A stretch of 64,000 nt of DNA from Alphaproteobacteria bacterium (GTDB taxonomy: Bacteria > Pseudomonadota > Alphaproteobacteria > Rickettsiales > SXRF01): contig JBDHUC010000008.1 of the NCBI GenBank assembly GCA_039808985.1, forward strand, positions 79 to 64,078. The letters are read 5' to 3'. Position numbers and translations under genes: made by a program. This document shows, piece after piece, positions 59,288 through 64,000 of this stretch. Every line of letters starts with the position of its first letter. Positions within the stretch are counted from its first letter, which is position 1. A model generated the notes under the pieces. That model had not been told where the DNA came from. It saw only the letters and a program-made list of their open reading frames with translations, and searched no databases.

Positions 59288-60649
59288 ATGAGCCTTGATT
59301 CCGAAACATTATTAAGACTGCTGGAAATCGCACGCCGGGAAGGCGCTAAAAGTGCTGATGCGCTGCATATAGAAAACACTAATATCAGCATTGCGCAGCG
59401 CATGGGAAAACCAGAAGGCATAGAGAGGTCTGAAAGCTCTGCGGTCGGCCTTAGGGTTTTTGTTGAAAAAGACAGCAAAGAAATTGGACAAGCGACTGTT
59501 TCATCAACAGATATTAGCGATAACGCAATGATTGAAATGGCACAGAGGGCAATTGCCATGGCCAGGCTGGCACCAGCAGATAGCAACAGCATTCTTGCAC
59601 CTGCCGTGCTTTACCCGGAATCAATACCGGAGCTTGACCTGCTTGATAATGAAGAACCAACGCCAGCATGGCTTTTAGAGCAATGCGCTATCGCCGAGGA
59701 TACTGCGCGTTCTACCCCCGGCATAACCAACTCAGAAGGCGCTGACGCTGGTTATAGCCGTGCAAGCGCTGGGCTGGCAATAATGGAAAATGGGAATATT
59801 GGTTTTTGCAAAAACTATGAGGGCAGCAGTTTTTCTATTTCAGTGTCAGTCCTTGCTGGAAGCGGGACAAAAATGGAACGTGATTATGATTTTACCAGCG
59901 CAAGGCACAGAAGCGGCCTTAAATCAGCCGAAGAAATAGGGTCTGGCGCAGCAAACCGCGCATTAAAAAGGCTAAACCCGCATAAAATAAATAGCTGCCA
60001 GGCACCGGTAGTTTTTGATCCCAGGGTAAGCAAGTCATTGCTTTCCATATTAACCTCTGCGATTTCCGGCAGTGCCATTTCCCGAGGCTCATCATTCCTT
60101 AAAGACTCAATGGGGGATGATATATTTCCTAAAAATATATCAATAATAGATAACCCTCATATAGTCCGTGGATTAGCTTCAAAGCCTTTCGATATGGAGG
60201 GAGTCGCCAATAAAAAAATGGCGCTGGTGGAAAATGGGGTTTTGAAAACATGGCTCCTTGATATGCGCACAGCCAATAAACTAAAACTGCAAACCACCGG
60301 CCATGCCTCACGCGGCCTTGCTTCGCCGCCTTCCCCATCTTCAACCAACGTTTATATGGAAAATGGCATTTTATCGCCCGCCGAATTAATTAAGGATATA
60401 AAAAGCGGCCTTTACCTCACCGAAACTTTTGGAATGGGCATAAATATCATAACCGGCGATTACAGCCAGGGTGCTGCCGGATTCTGGATAGAAAATGGCG
60501 AAATAGCCTATCCGGTTTCGGAAATCACCATAGCCGGGTATTTAAAGGAAATGTTCAGTGGTTTAACGCCAGCTAACGACCTTGCTTTCCGCTATTCAAC
60601 CAACGCCCCGACAGTGCGGGTTGAGAATATGACTATTGCCGGAGTATAG
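59288..60649 (+). CDS. pmbA: TldD/PmbA-family metalloprotease (PmbA-like)
   Basis: 453-aa ORF with the family-typical C-terminal region GDYSQGAAGFWIENGEIAYPVSEITIAG. Confidence 0.85.
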   Translation: MSLDSETLLRLLEIARREGAKSADALHIENTNISIAQRMGKPEGIERSESSAVGLRVFVEKDSKEIGQATVSSTDISDNAMIEMAQRAIAMARLAPADSNSILAPAVLYPESIPELDLLDNEEPTPAWLLEQCAIAEDTARSTPGITNSEGADAGYSRASAGLAIMENGNIGFCKNYEGSSFSISVSVLAGSGTKMERDYDFTSARHRSGLKSAEEIGSGAANRALKRLNPHKINSCQAPVVFDPRVSKSLLSILTSAISGSAISRGSSFLKDSMGDDIFPKNISIIDNPHIVRGLASKPFDMEGVANKKMALVENGVLKTWLLDMRTANKLKLQTTGHASRGLASPPSPSSTNVYMENGILSPAELIKDIKSGLYLTETFGMGINIITGDYSQGAAGFWIENGEIAYPVSEITIAGYLKEMFSGLTPANDLAFRYSTNAPTVRVENMTIAGV

Positions 60650-60652
60650 CAT

Positions 60653-62398
60653 ATGGCCATTACGCAAAGCGGAAAAAAAATAATCAGGCGCGTGTTGCGC
60701 GAGCATGTACGCCCTTACCGGAAACAGGTTATTATCGCGGCCTGCTGTATGGTGATAGTGGCTATGACCACGGCGCTTACTGCAAAGATGATCGGCCCTA
60801 CGCTTAAACTTATATTTTTAAACAAGGACGAAACCATGCTGGTGGTAATCCCGCTGGCGGTATTTGCCATAATCACAACAGGGGCAATAGCAAATTATGG
60901 CAGCATGCTCACCATGCGTTATATCGGACAACGCCTGGTCGCCGATATGCAGATACGCCTGTTCTCGCATTTGATGAAAAGCGATTTAAGCTTGTTCCAC
61001 AGCCAGTCATCGAGCCGGTTAATCTCGCGTTTTACCAATGATATAAATCTGTTGCGGTCTGCATTTACCAATGTAGTTGTGGCCATGGTAAAAGGCTCCC
61101 TTACAACTGCTTTTTTAGTAGGGGTTATGTTTTATGAAAACCCGAAACTTTCCCTAATCTCGCTGGCGGTATTTCCTTTTGCAATTTATCCATTAATTAG
61201 ACTGGCCAAACGTATGCGCCGCGTTTCTGGAAAAACCCAGCACCAGCTCGGTGATTTCACAGCAACGCTTGACGAAATATTCCAGGGCGTGCGGACGGTA
61301 AAATCTTATAACCGGGAGGAATTTGAAACTGCGCGCGCCAGAACCCTTATAGAAAAACTCACGTCACTATATATGAAGGCGGCAAGAATGCAGGCTGCCT
61401 CCTCGCCGATGATGGAGGTATTAAGCGGCATATCAATCTCCCTGGTTATATGGTACGGGGGCTGGGAAGTTATGCGCGGCGCAACTACACCTGACGCATT
61501 CTTATCGTTCATTGGCGCATTTTTAATAGCCTATAAACCGGTGCGCTCTATGAGTGGCGCTGGCGGGACGCTCCAGGAAGGCATTGCCGCAGCAGAGAGG
61601 TTGTTTAGCGTTATAGATACGCCGCCCAAAATAATTGATTCGCCTAATGCGAAACCACTTATTGTTAGCAGCGGCAATATTACATTTAAAAATGTTGTAT
61701 TTAATTATAGCCCACAGTCACCGGGAATTAACTGTATAAATATTGATGTTCCTGCCGGAAAAACTGTTGCCCTGGTGGGGCTTTCCGGCGGCGGCAAATC
61801 AACTATCATAAACCTGCTTCTGCGTTTTTATGATGTTGAATCGGGAAATATTACTATTGACGGACAGGACATTAAAAACGTTACAATAAACAGCCTGCGC
61901 GAAACTATGGCCTTCGTACCGCAGGAATCCATGCTGTTTGATGATACCATAAAAAATAATATTGCTTACGGGCGCGAAGGTGCAAGCGACAGCGAGATAT
62001 TTACCGCCGCAAAAAATGCTTCCGCCGATGAATTTATCCGCGCCATGCCGCAAGGTTATGACACAATGATCGGCTCACATGGCGTACGCCTTTCGGGCGG
62101 ACAGCGCCAGCGCATTGCCATTGCCCGCGCCATACTGAAAAACGCCCCTATATTACTTCTTGATGAAGCCACATCTTCTCTGGACAATGAATCCGAGCGC
62201 AATATACAGCTCTCGCTCCAGGAGCTTATGAGGGGCCGCACCACGCTTGTTATCGCCCACCGCCTAAGCACAATAGTAGGCGCCGATATAATTTATGTTA
62301 TAGAAAGCGGCAAGGTGATAGAAAGCGGTAACCATGACGAACTGCTGGAAAAGCGCGGTAAATATTTCCAGCTCTATGCCAATAATTTTGATAAATAA
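60653..62398 (+). CDS. msbA: ABC transporter permease/ATPase, MsbA-like lipid A exporter
   Basis: 581-aa ORF with a six-helix TMD plus an NBD (Walker A GLSGGGKST, signature LSGGQRQR, Walker B ILLLDEATS). The context with DUF374 and waaA supports an LPS role. Confidence 0.8.
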   Translation: MAITQSGKKIIRRVLREHVRPYRKQVIIAACCMVIVAMTTALTAKMIGPTLKLIFLNKDETMLVVIPLAVFAIITTGAIANYGSMLTMRYIGQRLVADMQIRLFSHLMKSDLSLFHSQSSSRLISRFTNDINLLRSAFTNVVVAMVKGSLTTAFLVGVMFYENPKLSLISLAVFPFAIYPLIRLAKRMRRVSGKTQHQLGDFTATLDEIFQGVRTVKSYNREEFETARARTLIEKLTSLYMKAARMQAASSPMMEVLSGISISLVIWYGGWEVMRGATTPDAFLSFIGAFLIAYKPVRSMSGAGGTLQEGIAAAERLFSVIDTPPKIIDSPNAKPLIVSSGNITFKNVVFNYSPQSPGINCINIDVPAGKTVALVGLSGGGKSTIINLLLRFYDVESGNITIDGQDIKNVTINSLRETMAFVPQESMLFDDTIKNNIAYGREGASDSEIFTAAKNASADEFIRAMPQGYDTMIGSHGVRLSGGQRQRIAIARAILKNAPILLLDEATSSLDNESERNIQLSLQELMRGRTTLVIAHRLSTIVGADIIYVIESGKVIESGNHDELLEKRGKYFQLYANNFDK

Positions 62399-62407
62399 TA
62401 ACCCGCC

Positions 62408-63055
62408 ATGTCCATTTCAAAACGCCTGCTTAAATCGAAATTCACGCAATCGCTGCTTAGCCACCTGCTGGCTTTTTACATAAGGCTGGTCATGCTTACC
62501 AGCCGCAAGGAATTCCATATCCATCCGGCATCCGCCGGGCTTATGCGTGGCGAAGGCAATGCGATATTCGCTTTCTGGCACGGGCGCATGATGCTCCTAC
62601 CTGCAATCAACCCGCCGCGTAAAATGCACGTCCTTATTTCCGAACACCGCGATGGGAAACTAATCTCGCAGGTCATCGGACATTTCGGGCAGGACACAAT
62701 TGTTGGCTCAACCAGCAAGGGCGGGACTGACGCCGTGCGCAATATAGTGCGCCTGCTTAAAAAAGGCGACAATGTCAGCATAACCCCCGATGGGCCGCGC
62801 GGCCCCAACCAGCAGGCAACCATTGGCATAGCAACCGTTGCAAGGCTTGCGCGCAAACCGGTAATGCCGGTTACATTCTGCTCCAGCAAACATAAGCGCC
62901 TGCGCAGTTGGGACAGGTTCATGGTAGCAAAGCCATTTGGGCGAATTGTGTTTTGTATAGGCGAGCCGATTATGGTAGAAGAGGCTGATGAGGCTGCAAG
63001 GCTTGCCATAGAAACGGCCATGAATAATCTGGTGGAACAGGCGGATGCGTTATAA
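62408..63055 (+). CDS. DUF374-family protein (lysophospholipid-acyltransferase-like), LPS-cluster associated
   Basis: 215-aa ORF with motifs FWHGRMMLLP, SEHRDGKLIS and ITPDGPRGP. It lies between msbA and waaA, as is common in alphaproteobacteria. Confidence 0.7.
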   Translation: MSISKRLLKSKFTQSLLSHLLAFYIRLVMLTSRKEFHIHPASAGLMRGEGNAIFAFWHGRMMLLPAINPPRKMHVLISEHRDGKLISQVIGHFGQDTIVGSTSKGGTDAVRNIVRLLKKGDNVSITPDGPRGPNQQATIGIATVARLARKPVMPVTFCSSKHKRLRSWDRFMVAKPFGRIVFCIGEPIMVEEADEAARLAIETAMNNLVEQADAL

Positions 63056-64000
63056 AACATATAAAATAATTACTTCTGCCCTTTCTGGTCCCATCGGCCT
63101 GTGGTTGCGTTTCCGGCGCTTGCGCGGCCGCGAAAGCGAAAAGCGCTTTGCCGAAAGGTTTGGATATTCGAATATACCAAGGCCCAAAGGGACTTTACTG
63201 TGGATACATGCTGCAAGCGTAGGTGAAGCTAATTCGGTTTTACCATTGATCGATGTTTTGCAGGCACGTTTTCAGGACATAAATATCCTTATTACCACAG
63301 GCACGCTTACTTCGGCAAAGCTTATGGAAAAGCGTAACCTGAAAAATGTCCTGCATCAGTTTGTGCCGGTTGACACTCCTGAAGCTACTAACCGTTTCCT
63401 TCGTCACTGGCGGCCTGATGTCGGCTTCTGGGTAGAATCGGAGTTATGGCCGAACCTGGTGATAAATGCCAGGGCACGCGGCTGTTTTATGATGATTGTG
63501 AACGGGCGCATGTCGGTCCGGTCTTATGATAGGTGGCAGAAATTCGGGCTGCTTATGATATACCAGATTCTTAACTGCTTCGAGCTGGTGTTTGCGCAAA
63601 ATGAGGGTGATGCCCAACGCTTCCGCGGACTGGGGGCACAGGATGTACGCTGCCTTGGAAATCTCAAATATGATGCCCTGCCCCTTTCCTGTAATGAAGC
63701 CGACCTGTTTTCCTTGCAGCAGGCAATCGGCCTGCGCCCTATGTGGCTTGCCGCCAGCACCCATGCGGGCGAGGAAGAGATACTGGCCAAGGCCCATTCC
63801 ATTCTTGCGAAGTCCCATCCCGACCTGCTTACCGTAATTGTTCCAAGGCATCCGGCAAGGGGAGCCGAGATAGCAAAACAACTTGCTGGTTACGGCAATG
63901 TCGGGCTGCGTTCAAACGGCGACAAGGTAACAGAATCAACCAATATTTATATTGCCGATACATTAGGTGAGCTGGGGCTGTTTTACAGGCTTTCAGAAAT
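63045..64000 (+). CDS. waaA: 3-deoxy-D-manno-octulosonic acid (Kdo) transferase, 5' partial (runs off the window)
   Basis: It is not in the ORF track because no stop falls in the window. My manual translation from ATG 63045 is open to 64000 and gives LLWIHAASVGEANSVLPLI, VESELWPNL, VPRHPARG and IADTLGELGLFY, which are hallmark KdtA motifs. It overlaps the DUF374 stop by 11 nt. Confidence 0.85.
   Translation, partial: MRYKTYKIITSALSGPIGLWLRFRRLRGRESEKRFAERFGYSNIPRPKGTLLWIHAASVGEANSVLPLIDVLQARFQDINILITTGTLTSAKLMEKRNLKNVLHQFVPVDTPEATNRFLRHWRPDVGFWVESELWPNLVINARARGCFMMIVNGRMSVRSYDRWQKFGLLMIYQILNCFELVFAQNEGDAQRFRGLGAQDVRCLGNLKYDALPLSCNEADLFSLQQAIGLRPMWLAASTHAGEEEILAKAHSILAKSHPDLLTVIVPRHPARGAEIAKQLAGYGNVGLRSNGDKVTESTNIYIADTLGELGLFYRLSE

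Noticed and set aside
63444-63881. 145-aa minus-strand ORF near the window end.
   Set aside because: It is antisense to the manually translated waaA frame, which carries several Kdo-transferase hallmark motifs and is open to the window end.

Overview
This is a dense, mostly housekeeping chromosomal segment. Its gene content and order look alphaproteobacterial: split pntAA/pntAB, yfgM-bamB-der, msbA-DUF374-waaA, Caulobacter-type cpa/tad order and DUF2336 proteins. The lineage call is inference only. I call about 58 protein-coding genes. I recognise no rRNA, tRNA, CRISPR array, transposase or integrase. Several envelope and secretion modules sit among core genes (mutS, uvrB, guaA, der, typA, rlmN, coaBC, dut, ndk, thiSG, aroQ, ribA). 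(i) A two-partner secretion pair tpsB-tpsA has a 1279-aa passenger carrying a PbH1/NosD-like parallel beta-helix block, and a SapC-family gene starts 3 nt after it. (ii) A cpaB-cpaC-cpaD-cpaE-cpaF-tadB-tadC Tad pilus machine has no pilin or prepilin peptidase gene in the window. (iii) There is a stripped-down virB2-virB4-virB6 type IV secretion fragment. (iv) An outer-membrane porin and a periplasmic haem-c DUF3365 protein lie directly upstream of one of two methyl-accepting chemotaxis proteins. Also present are a tandem DUF2336 pair, a ParDE toxin-antitoxin pair, and a Cys-poor Rrf2 regulator with cysK and a ThiF/MoeB-type E1 enzyme. The best candidates for something undescribed are the TpsBA-SapC module and the porin/haem-protein/MCP cluster. 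All functional calls come from reading motifs in the supplied translations and the raw sequence, not from database searches. Several ORF-track starts are TTG/GTG or upstream extensions, and I trimmed them where a better ATG exists.
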